64,000 bases of DNA from Blastocladiella emersonii ATCC 22665 (lineage: Eukaryota > Fungi > Blastocladiomycota). The stretch is from contig JANHCV010000013.1 of NCBI GenBank assembly GCA_025594325.1, forward strand, positions 806,001 through 870,000. The letters are read 5' to 3'. Numbering within the stretch: position 1 is the first letter of the stretch; every line of letters starts with the position of its first letter. The translations under genes were made by a program, and so were the position numbers. Positions 35,963 to 47,052 of the stretch are shown here, piece after piece. The notes beneath the pieces were generated by a model. That model made no database searches. It was not told the DNA's origin and saw only the letters and a program-made list of their open reading frames with translations.

Positions 35963-36092
35963 TGCGTCAAGTTATGCGTCAAGTTATTTCATGAGTTTAG
36001 CATCAGTGTCTAAGGGTGGCGCAGGTTGAGCTGCCTGGACGGGCGGCGCAAAGTTTCTTTGCCAGCCGCTGCGAAAAACGTCGCGTGAGCGC

Positions 36093-36116
36093 TCACATGA
36101 TTTCCCGACGCGTCTC
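36093..36116 (-). promoter_or_regulatory. Composite motif copy (GAGACGCGTCG-GGAAA-TCATGTGA), ~131 nt upstream of DUF4470 copy 4
   Basis: Direct sequence match. Confidence 0.7.
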
Positions 36117-36310
36117 ACGTTGCCTAGCGTCGCGCCCGCGCAATTCACTTGAAACGAAAAAGGCTTACCCGGCACCAAGCTGAAGTTCAATGTCAGCGGA
36201 TCGGATCTTAGACTTCCGCCACAAACGCAGGAAGAAAGGCCGTCCCGGGCGATCAACTTAAATCAACTAGGGAACGTGTATTATCAAAAGCAAACATAAT
36301 CATCTGCGAG

Positions 36311-39300
36311 CTACACGGTGGTAGAGGGGTACGTGGGATACAGCGGCATCAGGAGGGCGCGCTTGAGCTCCGATTTGAGGCAGTCAAAGGCTGCACGCAC
36401 GCCCGAGTCGGTGCCCGGAACGTTGGACAGCGAGCGGACGGGCGCGGCCGCATGGCAATAGTCCAGGTACTCGCCGATCGCGTCCGCGCTCTCGGCAACG
36501 CACCAGACAGCGGGCACCTGCTGTCCGTTCGCGACGCAATGCGCGGCCTCGGCCGCCGCGACAAGCTTGCGCACCTTTTCGGCGCTCGCACGCAAAGCGG
36601 GCCGCGCGGTCTTGAGCGGAGGCGGCGGCACAAACAGGTAGCTGACGTCGAGCGCGGGCGTGATACCGTTCGCCTTGCCATGCGGCGGAAGGACAACGCG
36701 ACGATGGACAACGAGCACGGCAATTGTACCGCGCGGGCCGTACGCCGCGAGTTTCACGACGCACGCGCGCTCATGGCTGGCCGCGTACTGAAAGAGCTGC
36801 TGGACCATCGACTTGAGCGCGAGCGCGTTCCACGCGCCGAATCCAGCGCTGCCTACACGTGGCGCACGAGGAACGACGGCAGACTTTTCGTTGCGCGGCC
36901 ACTCGCGGGACGTAAACATGCTTCTGAGAGTGTGAAGCGCGGCGCCGTGCAAGTATTTCGACACGCAGTTCGCGAGCGGCGCAAAGCGGGGAATCAGCGG
37001 GCCGAGACCAAGCGAGGGCACGACAGCGGCCGCGATTTTGTCGACCTCAACGGTGATCGTGCGTTTGCGACGGTCAATGGAGACACGTGTCGCGCGAGCA
37101 GAGTACGGCAGCTGAAAGGTCTGGACCTTGCCGTCGACAAGCAAAGCGACAGCGCCACGGTACTGCGCGAGGTCGCCGTCGGGCACGGGTTTCACTGTAA
37201 CCTTGTCGCGACCGCGCGGAAGGCCGAGCACAAGCTTGGCGGCGCGCTCGTAGAACGATTTGGAGTCGTGCTTGCCGTCGTTAATGAGTTCAAGCACGGG
37301 CAAGCACCATTGCGGTTGAGGCGTAGGCTGAGCAGCGGAAGCAGCGTAATCAATGGCCCCTTGGACCCCGCACTGGGTGTCAACCAGATCAATAGCTGAG
37401 AACGAAACCGCCGTGGCCGCAAAAGGCTCGGCGTTCTCATCGTACGAAAGCATGTTGCTGATGGGAAACGGCTCGTTGGGCTCGTTGGGCTCGAGGCTGT
37501 GCTGCGCATTGAAAATTTTGACAGCGTACAAGGCGAAGGATGGCTTCAGCTCCGGAGACGGCAAGTCCATACTGAGCCAACTAACTCGAACTGTACTGCA
37601 GACGTGGTCGCACGTCGCGTTAATACAGTGACTGAACTGAAGAAGCCCGGCTATGTGTCTGGTACCAACACGAATGGAGCATCCAACAAGGCCGTCCCGC
37701 CAAGATTCAATCAGCACGAATGTGGCGCTCGCACGGTAAATGTGCTTGACGGAGGAAGGCAAATATCCAAGGACTCCGTGCGCCAGCATCAGCGGCATTC
37801 GCTCAAGCAGCGCTTCGGCCACGCGGGGCAAAAAATTGGTAAATGGCTTGAGGCGCTCGTTTAAGTCAAAGGGAAACGAGGTGTACGGGGCTGCTCCAGC
37901 CCAAACAAGGCGGCGGCTGGCCATGGCATACGAAATGGCCTTGATCGCAAAAGCAGGGGTGGAGAACAAGCCTCCTTAAAAGGGTTAGCAGGCGGTAGGT
38001 CAGTTAACGTTAGGTTGATTGCGTACAAGAGACGACGTACCAAACATGTACTTGTCATCGTCCTCACCACACTCAAAGTCGTGCAAATGAATTTTGACCG
38101 TCTCCAAGCCGCCCGATGCATCAAAGGAAACTGGCACGTCCGGGACGGGAAGCTTACAAAGTATGATACTGACAAAGGGGCTCGGATTGGCGATGGAATG
38201 TGGCCGAGCACTGATACGAGGCGCAAACGGCCAAACACGCGACAGCCAGTGACCAAACTCGCCGCCATCCTCGTCGTAAATTGCAACGCCGAAGAGGACA
38301 GGGAAGAGGTGTGGCGGGAGGCCGAAAAATAGGTTGTAGAACCCGGCCGAGTCGGAGACCTGCGTCTCAACTGGGGCATTTGTGTGAAGCAAAAGGATGG
38401 ACGAGTCGCCCGCGACCAAGTCGTTGTGCTTGAGCAGGTGCGAGCCGTGTAAAGCGATGTTGAGCGCGCCGCAGTGGGCGATGAGCGTGGACGTATCGAT
38501 CACGTCGAAGCGGAGCGCGGTGTTAGCAAGAAACTGTTCCATCACCAGCACAGCGTCTCCAGCAACGAAAGTGAGCGTGTGAGGTGAAGGCGAATCGGGC
38601 GCAAACGCGTCGGACAGAGCACGGAGCCACGCGCGTAGTTGATTAAACATCGAGTCCTGGATCCGCTCGCCGTCCAGGTCGACAAAAAAACCCGTGAGCG
38701 GAATACCAAGCATCGAGTGGGGAGAAGTACCCATGCCCAGGAAGGACGGATTCGGAACTAGGACGGGCCCACTCTTGCTATCGCCTTCAAGCGAGGCTGG
38801 CGACGGCGATCCGGCGCGGCTCGAGCTTGGGCTGGTGCCAAACGGATACCTGCCGCCGTCCAAGAGATGCTGAACTTCGCAGCCCGCTCGAGCAACGATT
38901 GACGGCTTCAATTTGTCGGCACAATCAAGCAACAGTGCAGTAGTTGCATGTCGCCGCTTCTCGACCACGATGTTGATGCAATACTTTCCGTCAGGTGTGG
39001 ATAAGCTATTTTGAGGGTTATCGTGAGCAAACAAGGCCTCGCGCGAGGGCGTCCAGTCGAGGTCCCCAAGGGCTACGGATTTGTCAAGCCAGCTTGCCCA
39101 GCAGTCACAGACCGCTTGAAGGGTAGCGCCATCCATCACGCGCACGCGCGAGGTAGTCGAGAGCCAGTCGTGATCGATGCAAGCGCGCGCTTGGGTCCAC
39201 CAAAAGTCTCGCACCTCCGTTTCGATCAGGTCCGCGACCCAGATTTGGCCGAGGAAGCGGTCAAGCGTCGGGCGGTCCAGCGTCGGGTACATGAGCGCAT

Positions 39301-39592
39301 GCAGGATGAAAAGGGAGCGAGCAATCGATTCGACGCGCAAGTCGTTGAGCGTGAACGACATGGCAGCACGCGACTTTTTTAGCCCAGCCTGGCCAAGCGT
39401 GTGCGCGACCGAGCGCAAGTCGTTGAAGCCGCAAAGCAGGGCACTTAGGTCACGGCCAGAACGGCTAGCATCGTGGTAGCGAAAGATGTCGGCGGCATGC
39501 GAGTTGCTGTAAGGGTCGAAGCAGGCGGAAGCGTCACCATAAATAACGGTTGCGCTCGTCTGCATCGGCATAAATTGCGACGCTGAATCCAT
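36311..39592 (-). CDS. DUF4470-family protein copy 5, intact, ~1071 aa; intron 37975-38040
   Basis: ALLCGFNDLRSV, LNDLRVESIARSLFILH and FDVIDTSTL. A phase-1 intron (GTACGT..GCTAAC..AAG) fuses ORFs 38000 and 36311. Confidence 0.87.
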
Positions 39593-39704
39593 TGCGGCAA
39601 GTTATTTCACGAGTTTAGCATGTACGGAGTCGGGGGGAGCAGAGCTGGGAGTGAAGCGGCCAATTCGTCCCTATGGCAAGTGGCGAAAATTTGGCGTGTG
39701 GCGC

Positions 39705-39728
39705 TCACATGATTTCTCGCCGCGTCTC
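39705..39728 (-). promoter_or_regulatory. Composite motif copy (GAGACGCGGCG-AGAAA-TCATGTGA), ~113 nt upstream of DUF4470 copy 5
   Basis: One mismatch to the consensus, same spacing. Confidence 0.65.
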
Positions 39729-39959
39729 GCAGCCGGTCTCCCCGGTCGACGCGCGGCTTGTCGCAATCATGTCACGGCCCGTTGGCCCAAAACTCAAGGA
39801 CTTCAAGGGGACACACACTCGTCTTTGGCCCGAAGACCTTGAAAAGTGACGTGCAGCAATATCTGCCTGACGGACGCGCGTGCAACGATGGCGAGATCAG
39901 TGCTCCCACGGGGACGGGCATAGTAGATGGATGTACATGCATCAACTCTAGTACTTTCC

Positions 39960-40300
39960 GAACACTCCGCTTATCATATTAGCCTACTTCTCGACCCGCT
40001 CACGCTCATCGCAGCGGAGACTCGACTTGACCTTCTTCCTCTCCATCTCAATCGCGTCTCCCCACGTTTCACACATCCCCGCGTTCGCGGCGGCTCACGC
40101 GCGGCGGACGACGGCCGCGAGATCCGCGCCCGAGGACCCGTTCATCGACTTCACCATTTCCTCGCTCGTGACGATCTCCTCCACCCCGCCTGGCACACAA
40201 CGCACCAGTATCCTAAGAATGTCCGCGTGCTTGTGCCACGGGCAGGCCAACACCCACATTCACATCGAGTCGCCCGGTGCGCAAGAGGCTCGAAAACGCG
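39960..40300 (-). pseudogene. Degenerate duplicate of the 3' end of the AAA ATPase gene (40900-41250)
   Basis: SGADLAAVVRRA*..DERERVEK* with stops; colinear nucleotide similarity to 40900-41250. Confidence 0.85.
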
Positions 40301-40927
40301 TCGTTCTCACGTCGCAGCTCAGTATCCCTAGCCCTCGAGGATGAGCAAGTGCGTGTTCCTGGCGGCGTCGCGGATGGCCAGGGATGTGGACGCGAAGAGA
40401 AGCTGATTCATCGCGCGGGTCCAAGCCGATCAACGTCTCCATCCATGCGTGCGTGTCCCGAGCAATCGTTGCCTGTCTCCGCTGCCAAACGACGCGTTAG
40501 ATGTGAAGGACCATGGTGCGCAGTGTGACGCGGAGGTGGCACGCGAGCCACTCATCCAGCTTGCTTTGGCGCTTGACTGTGCGTAAAGCAAGCTCCGTTT
40601 CACGCTGGCGGGGACGTGAAAGCTGGTTGAGACCTACGGTTGCGCGCGCAGGTCGCTCTTTGGGCCCCGGAGTTGAGCTCGATCGCACGGACCAGGATCT
40701 GTACGATGACGGGGACGCAGAATGTGGTTGGAAACAGCGGCCGCGTGCTGCTCGCATGTTTTCTGCTCACGCGCTGGCGATCGCGAGCGCCAAGTCCTTG
40801 AGCTACTCACAATAGCCAACGAGCGCGCCTGTACCTCACCGCCTGCTCCTGATGCATCCTCCGTTGATGCGCTCTCCTTTGCTTCACCGATCATGTTCAG
40901 CAAGCAAACCACTCGTATAAATTGACT

Positions 40928-42571
40928 CTACGCAGCGCGCCACTTCTCAACCCGCTCGCGCTCGTCGCGTCGAATGCTCGGCCGGAGCTTCGCCCTCGCC
41001 ACCTCAATCGCCTCTTCCCACGTCACACACGTCCCCGCATCCACAGCAGCCCACGCGCGGCGCACGACCGCCGCAAGATCCGCGCCCGAGTACCCTTCCA
41101 TCCGCTTCGCGACATCACGCACCTCGACCTCCTCCACCGCGCCGCCCGTCGCGCGACGCACCAGCATCCGCAAAATCTCCTCCCGCTCTTTTGCGGATGG
41201 CGGGCCGACGTATACATGTACATCGAGCCTTCCCGCGCGCAGCAAACTCGGGCTCACGACCTCCGGGTGATTCGTCGCGGCAAGCACTACCACCCCACTA
41301 CCCGCCGCCGCATCGATCTCGATCGCAAGCTGCGTCGCCATCTTGCTCGCCGTCTCGCCGCCCCCGCTCCGAAACACGGCGTCGATCTCATCGAGAAACA
41401 CGACGGCCGGCGCCGCCGCCCTCGCCACCGCAAACACCCTGGCGATGGCCTTCTCGGACTCCCCGACGTGCGGGCGGACGAGGTCCGGGATACTGAGCGC
41501 GGCGAACGCCGCCTGCGACTCGCCGGCGACGGCGCGCGCCAGGTGCGTTTTGCCTGTGCCGGGCGGGCCGTATAGGAGGACGCCCGCGGTGCGCGAGGGG
41601 ACCCCCAAACGGGAGAAGGCGGCGGGGTGGAGTGACGGCCACACGAGGTGGTGGAGTAGACGCGATTTGGCGGAGGCGAGGCCGCCGAGGTCCGAGAACG
41701 AGGTGGTCGGGATCGGGTCGGGGGTGGCGGACGTCGCGCTGGGCGTGAGCGCGGAGGCGGCGGCGAGGACGGCGGGAAGTCCCCAAAAGGGGGTGAGGGG
41801 GAGGCGGGTGAAGAGCGCAGCGAGGTCCGCGTGCACCCACCCGTGCGTCGCGGCGGCGAGCGAGGCGAGGTCCGCGGGGGACGCAGTCGGCCAGTACAGC
41901 GACGCGAGCGCGGCGCGGGCGGGGGTATCGGGCGGGGTCAGGGTGACGGTATCCTACGCGTTGCGGGTTAGTGCGACGGCGTTGTGGTAGGGAGGGCGAG
42001 GGTGAGTACCGTGACCCAGGCGCGAAACCCGCGCGGCACCTTCTCGCTCTCGCGCGCGGTCGCGGCGACGAGAACCTGCGCGTTGCCCTCGTCCCGGAGC
42101 CGCGCGAGGACGCGGTCCGCGGCGAACGCGAGGTCGGGGTCAGCGTACAGCGAGGCGACGTTGTCCAGGACCACTACAGTTGCGCTATCAGCACTGCCCC
42201 CTCGGAGCGCGAGTGTGCGACGTACCAATCGTCCGCTTCTCACCCTCCCCCTCCGCAGCCGCCCGCACAATCCGCTCAAGCCCAAACCCCGCCCGTCCGC
42301 CCGGGTACGCCGCGCTGATCCGCGCGGGGACGACGGTGACGACGTCGCATGCGTACGTCTTCGCGAGGTGCGCGAGCAGGTACGACTTGCCGGTGCCCGT
42401 CGCGCCGACGAGGAGCAGGACGGCCGACGGCGGGATCAGCGGGCCGAGGTCGTCTCCCAAAGTGGGGCCAGCGGCGAAGCGCGCGACGAGCGCGTCGAGG
42501 TGTGCGTACGCGGCCGGGTACGCTAAGCGGACGGCGGCGGCGTTGCATGGGGTGCCTTCATTGGTTGTCAT
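40928..42571 (-). CDS. Double-AAA ATPase, CDC48/AFG2-like family, degenerate D1; introns 42174-42225 and 41954-42009
   Basis: D1 GATGTGKS with Walker B VVLDNV; D2 GPPGTGKT, VFLDEID, AATNHP and LLRAGRLD; introns restore one frame. Confidence 0.88.
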
Positions 42572-42644
42572 GGCGGTGTGGTGGGGTTGGTAGAAGTGTA
42601 CGTCGTCGTCGCGGCGGCGGTCTCATCGCAACTGAGACGCAACG

Positions 42645-43408
42645 ATGGTAACCGCCCGCCGCATGGACGGCCGACCTGATGCATCTCACTCCCACCGTGC
42701 TGGTGTAGGGCAACGACGTGAGCCGGCCCGAAGACGCACCAGCGGCACATCATCGCGCGCGCGGCGCGTCGGCGACGGGCATCGTGACCGTCTCCTCCCA
42801 CTCTTCCCCCCACCTCGACGACGCCGACGCGCCCGCGTGGTTCACAGACCTGACCTCGCTCACCTCATCTCCGCCGCGGCACCGTCGCGCGCGCACGACG
42901 CCCGAAACCGCGACCGCGCGGCCCGCGACCCCCGAGACCGCCGCCGCTTCGCCGGCGTGGCTGTCCAAGTTCGCCCCGTCGCCCACCCACTCTCCCCAAA
43001 ACGATGACGCAACGGCAGCCGCCGCGGTGACGCGCGCCGTGACGCAGATCGGCGGCGCGACGGACGCGCAGCTGGCGCTGGCGGCGGCAAGGCAGGCGCG
43101 CGTGGTGCGGGTGCTGGGGGAGGCGGCGGGCGGGGTCGATGGCGTGGCAAGGCGCGTGGTGCAGAGGATGAGGGAGGCTGAGGGGGTTGACGGGCAGGTT
43201 GGCGAGGGTACGTGATGTGAGGGTGTAGGAGGGGTGCAGGGGCTGACGATGGAGAGGTGTGCATGTAGCGGTGGCGCTGGCGGACAAGTTGGACGAGGTC
43301 GAGCAGCACCTCGACCTGATGATTGCACGCGTCGGGTTGGTGCTGGGCGAGGACGAGGTGGCGTTCCTCACGAGCACGGCGGGCGAGGCGGAGACGACGG
43401 TGAGATGA
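42645..43408 (+). CDS. BORCS5/myrlysin-like protein; introns 42648-42708 and 43208-43268
   Basis: ATG-only first exon gives MGNDVS (N-myristoylation-type G2/S6); HHRAR..IVTV resembles recalled BORCS5 KHRAK..IVVV; C-terminal coiled coil. Confidence 0.65.
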
Positions 43409-43463
43409 CGAAGAAGGAACAATATATACAAACTCGACTCGACCCATTACCAACACGACCCCC

Positions 43464-44048
43464 TCACGAGAACTTGAGCTGGGCCTGGATACACGTCACG
43501 GGCGCCTTGTCCTGGTCCGTGACATCGGCCGTGATGTAGTAGGTCCCCGGCGGGATCTGCTCGGGGAGGTCAAACTCGGACGCGATGCGCACGTCGCCCT
43601 CCTCGAGCGGGCACGCCAGCTGCACCTTGCCGGCCTCGTCGCACAGGTCGAGGTCCTGCTTGAGCAGCTGGATGAACCGGCCGAGCTTGACCACGAGGTG
43701 GATCGACGCCGGCCGGTCGACGCGCCGCTTGAGCGTGCCCGTCGCGATGACGCCAAACTTCTGCCCGCGCTGCGGCGGGTCCGGGCGAAGCTCGAGCGAG
43801 TGCAGCACCAAAGCGTCCGAGTCCGAGTTCTTGCGGCACGGCGAGACATCGGTCACCTCGACGCGCGTCGCGGGCGCGAGGGGCGACTGCACGATGGCCG
43901 AGGACAGGTCGAAGGGCGACTTGAAGTGCGCCGCACCCGAGGACTTGAGGCCGAGCGCGAGCGCAACCTGCGCGTCGCTGGCGAGCGGCGACGCCGACGC
44001 GGTCAGCGCAAGCGCCGCGAAGAGGACGAGGAGCAGGAGTTGATGCAT
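43464..44048 (-). CDS. NPC2: NPC2/ML-domain lipid-transfer protein (PG/PI transfer protein-like)
   Basis: Signal peptide MHQLLLLVLFAALALTASA; ML pattern PDPPQRG..DLC..CPLEEG..LP..IPPGTY..C. Confidence 0.9.
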   Translation of the reverse strand: MHQLLLLVLFAALALTASASPLASDAQVALALGLKSSGAAHFKSPFDLSSAIVQSPLAPATRVEVTDVSPCRKNSDSDALVLHSLELRPDPPQRGQKFGVIATGTLKRRVDRPASIHLVVKLGRFIQLLKQDLDLCDEAGKVQLACPLEEGDVRIASEFDLPEQIPPGTYYITADVTDQDKAPVTCIQAQLKFS

Positions 44049-44307
44049 GGTTGTTGGTTCAGGGTTTGGGGTTGCGGGAGAGAGAGATGGGGAAACGGCC
44101 GCGTCAGCTTCCGCGCTTTCGCGGCGCACGCGTGAGGCGCAGCACGCCGCGCACCGATTTCCCACCCAGCCATTTCGGCGCACCGCGACGCGTCACCCGC
44201 GCGCGCGTGACCCGGGACGCACTTTCGCGTCTCGCCCACCCCTCGCGCCGATCACTCCCACTTTCCACACGCCTCGCCACCACCACGATAGCCACGAAAA
44301 CAACACC

Positions 44308-45553
44308 ATGGAACAACCCGCCCCGCCAACCACCACGCTGCACGAGCTCGTCCTGGCCGTCTCGTCGACCCACGCGACGGGCGCGCTGCTGAACCTGCAC
44401 ACGGGCCACGCCGTCAAGTCGTTCCGCCAGTGCACCGCCGCTCCGGGCGCCGTCACCGCACTGTCGGGCGACCGCCCGCACTTTGCGATCGTGCAGAAGA
44501 ACGGCGGCTTCTTCCGGTTCTACGACGCGGATGGCAACGCGGGGGAGAAGAAGGCGCATGTCCCCGAGAAGCTCAGCGCGCTCGCCGCGTCGCACTCGGG
44601 TGGGGCGGGCGCGCGGCTTGTCGCGGCTGGGTCGGAGTCGGGCAAGGTGTACCTGTGGGACCTCGCGTCGGGCGCGCTGCTGAATGTGGTGGATGCGCAC
44701 TTCCAGGCGGTTACGGCGGTCGCGTTCTCGGCCGACGATATGGTCATCGCGACGGCGTCGGCGGACGCGGGGGTCAAGGTGTTCGAGATCGCGAGGTACG
44801 CTTCTCTCTCTCGCTCATGTGCTCGTCTCGATTCACGACGCTAACACGCTAATTGCGTATAGCCTCGCCGACGCAACCACGCCGACCACGCCGCTGCACT
44901 CCCTCGCCGCACACACCCTGCCCGTGACCGCGCTGCACTTCACCTCGTCCCCGTCACACACCGCGCGGCTCCTGACCTGCTCGGCCGACCACGCCGTGAA
45001 GATCCACGACGTGGCCACCGGCACCCTCCTCGCGACCTACCTGCTCCCCTCGCCCGCGCGCTGCCTCGCCACCGACCCGCTCGACTCAGCCCTTTACGCG
45101 GGCGCCGACGACGGCAACATCTACACCCACCCGCTCACCTCCCCTCCCACCGCCGTCACTGCCGTCCGCCGCACGTTTGCGCGCCTCGGGTCCAAAGTCA
45201 CCGCGCTCGCCGTCTCGCGCGCCGGCGGGCACGTCGTGGCCGGGACTAACGCGGGCGTCGTCGTTGTCCTCGACGCGGCGACGGGGACCCGGATGCGCGA
45301 CGCGCGGCCGTTTGCGGACGGCGCGCCCGTCTCCGCGCTGCTGCCGTGGATCGTCGCGGACGGAGTCAAGGCGGAGATGCCCGTCGTCGCGAGGCTCGAG
45401 CGCGCGCGCGCATCGGGGGATGCGCCCGCGGTGGTGTTGCCGCCGCCGAGTGTGGGAGAGGACGGGGAGGGGTGGATGGTGAGCGCGGATCCGATGGCGG
45501 CGTTTGGTGACGCGATGCGCGCGGTGCTCGAGGCGGCCGAAGCGCGAGAGTAG
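44308..45553 (+). CDS. IPI3: WD40 pre-rRNA processing protein Ipi3/WDR18; intron 44796-44862
   Basis: SGKVYLWDLASGALLNVVDAHFQAVT and HTLPVTALHF; a phase-2 intron joins the ORFs. Confidence 0.85.
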
Positions 45554-45564
45554 GAGAGTGGATA

Positions 45565-46880
45565 TATACATGTATGCTAGCCATCATCGCGTTGTTCTCC
45601 CATATCCGAGACGAGTTGAGCAGTGTGCATTCGAGACGCGCCATCGAATCGTGGCCGCGGCCATGTTCAGCGCTCGCGCGGCGCGTTCGCACCGTTCCCA
45701 CTCTCATGCACGACTCGTCATGATCGCTGTTTCTCTCGTTCAAGTTGGGTTGAGCCGAGTCGCGATGCTCATCACCCGCTCAAAGGACTCGGACGAGATC
45801 TCGCAATGGGACAGCGATGCAAGTAACCTGTGTTCGTGCTAACCATGGTCGCTTTTCCCCTCGCGTTCGAGTTGAGTCGAGTCGGATTCGTCCAAACCGC
45901 GGCCCTCGAACCCGCGTGGTTACGCTTGGCGCTCGCGACGACGCGTCGCCGCGCTTCTCTCGCTCGCTCGCTCGCGACTCCGACGCGATCTCTCAAGGGA
46001 CTGGGGCGGAGATACTTGACGTGTATGTTAGCCATCCTCGCGCTGTTCTCGCGTGAGGATGAGTAGAGTCAAGTCTGCTCGAGCCGCGGTTGTGGCCATG
46101 GTCGGCGCTCGCGCGAAGCGTCGGACCGTTTGTTCCCACTCACGACTCGCCATGAGCGTTTCTTCCACTCATTCGAGTTGGGTCGAGTCGAGTCGAGCCC
46201 GAGCTCAAGTTGATTCGAGCCGAGTCCATCCAAATCGTGAACAGGACCCGTGGTCGATGATCGGCGCTCGCGCGACGCGTCGCCGCACCGCTCGCTCGCC
46301 TCTCTCGACCACGACTCGGACGAACTCGCACGGGAGCAGCGAAGGAAGGAAGGACTACGCGTGGGTGCTTGCCGTGGTCAGGAAACACCTCTCGCTCGAA
46401 CTGCGAGTCGCGTTCACTCGAATCAATCGCGGCTGTGGCGACCGCGGCCAGGGTCGGTGCTCGCTCGCGCGCGACGCGTCGCACCGCGCCGCTTCTCTCG
46501 CCCACTCTCGCTCGACCCGGACGCCATGTCATGTCATGGGACGATTTTGGGGGGTAAGATACTCGTATCCACGCCGTGATCAGTGGCTTCACCCGTTCGA
46601 CTTGAGTCAAGGTCGCGTTCGAACGAGTCGCGGCCTGGATCGCGGCCGTGGCGAAGGTCGGCGCGCGTCGCGTCGCTCCGCTTTTCTCACTCGCTGCTAG
46701 CTCGCGACTCGGACGAGGTCTCTCAGGGGAGCAGCAATGAGCGTAACATACGCATATGCTAGTCATCTTCGCGCTGTTCTCGCGCGAGGATGCGTAGAGT
46801 CAAGTTGGATCGGGCCGCGGCCGTGGCCATGTAAATACGGCGCTAGCGCGACGCTTCCCTCGACTTCTCTCGCCCACTCA
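45565..46880. repeat. Diverged tandem array of about 7 units of ~160-240 nt between the convergent IPI3 and eIF3b 3' ends
   Basis: Recurring TATG(C/T)TAG(C/T)CATC..CGCG.TGTTCTC (45571, 46024, 46755); CCGCGG anchors spaced ~190 nt; GCGACGCGTCG; GAGTTGRGTCGAGTCG. Confidence 0.75.
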
Positions 46881-47052
46881 CAAATCGCACGAGAACAAGC
46901 TCTCAGAGGACGACGACAGGATTGGAACAACCAAAAGAACTTCGGAACGAAACAAGGAAACGACAGGGAGAGGAACAAAACGAGGGAAAGAACAAACAAA
47001 CGAGGGAAAACAAACGACACCCACGACACGACACGACACGACCGCCGTCCCC

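Noticed and set aside
45565-46880. CRISPR-like array
   Set aside because: Eukaryotic context, whole units are homologous and diverged, no identical repeats with unique spacers, no cas genes.
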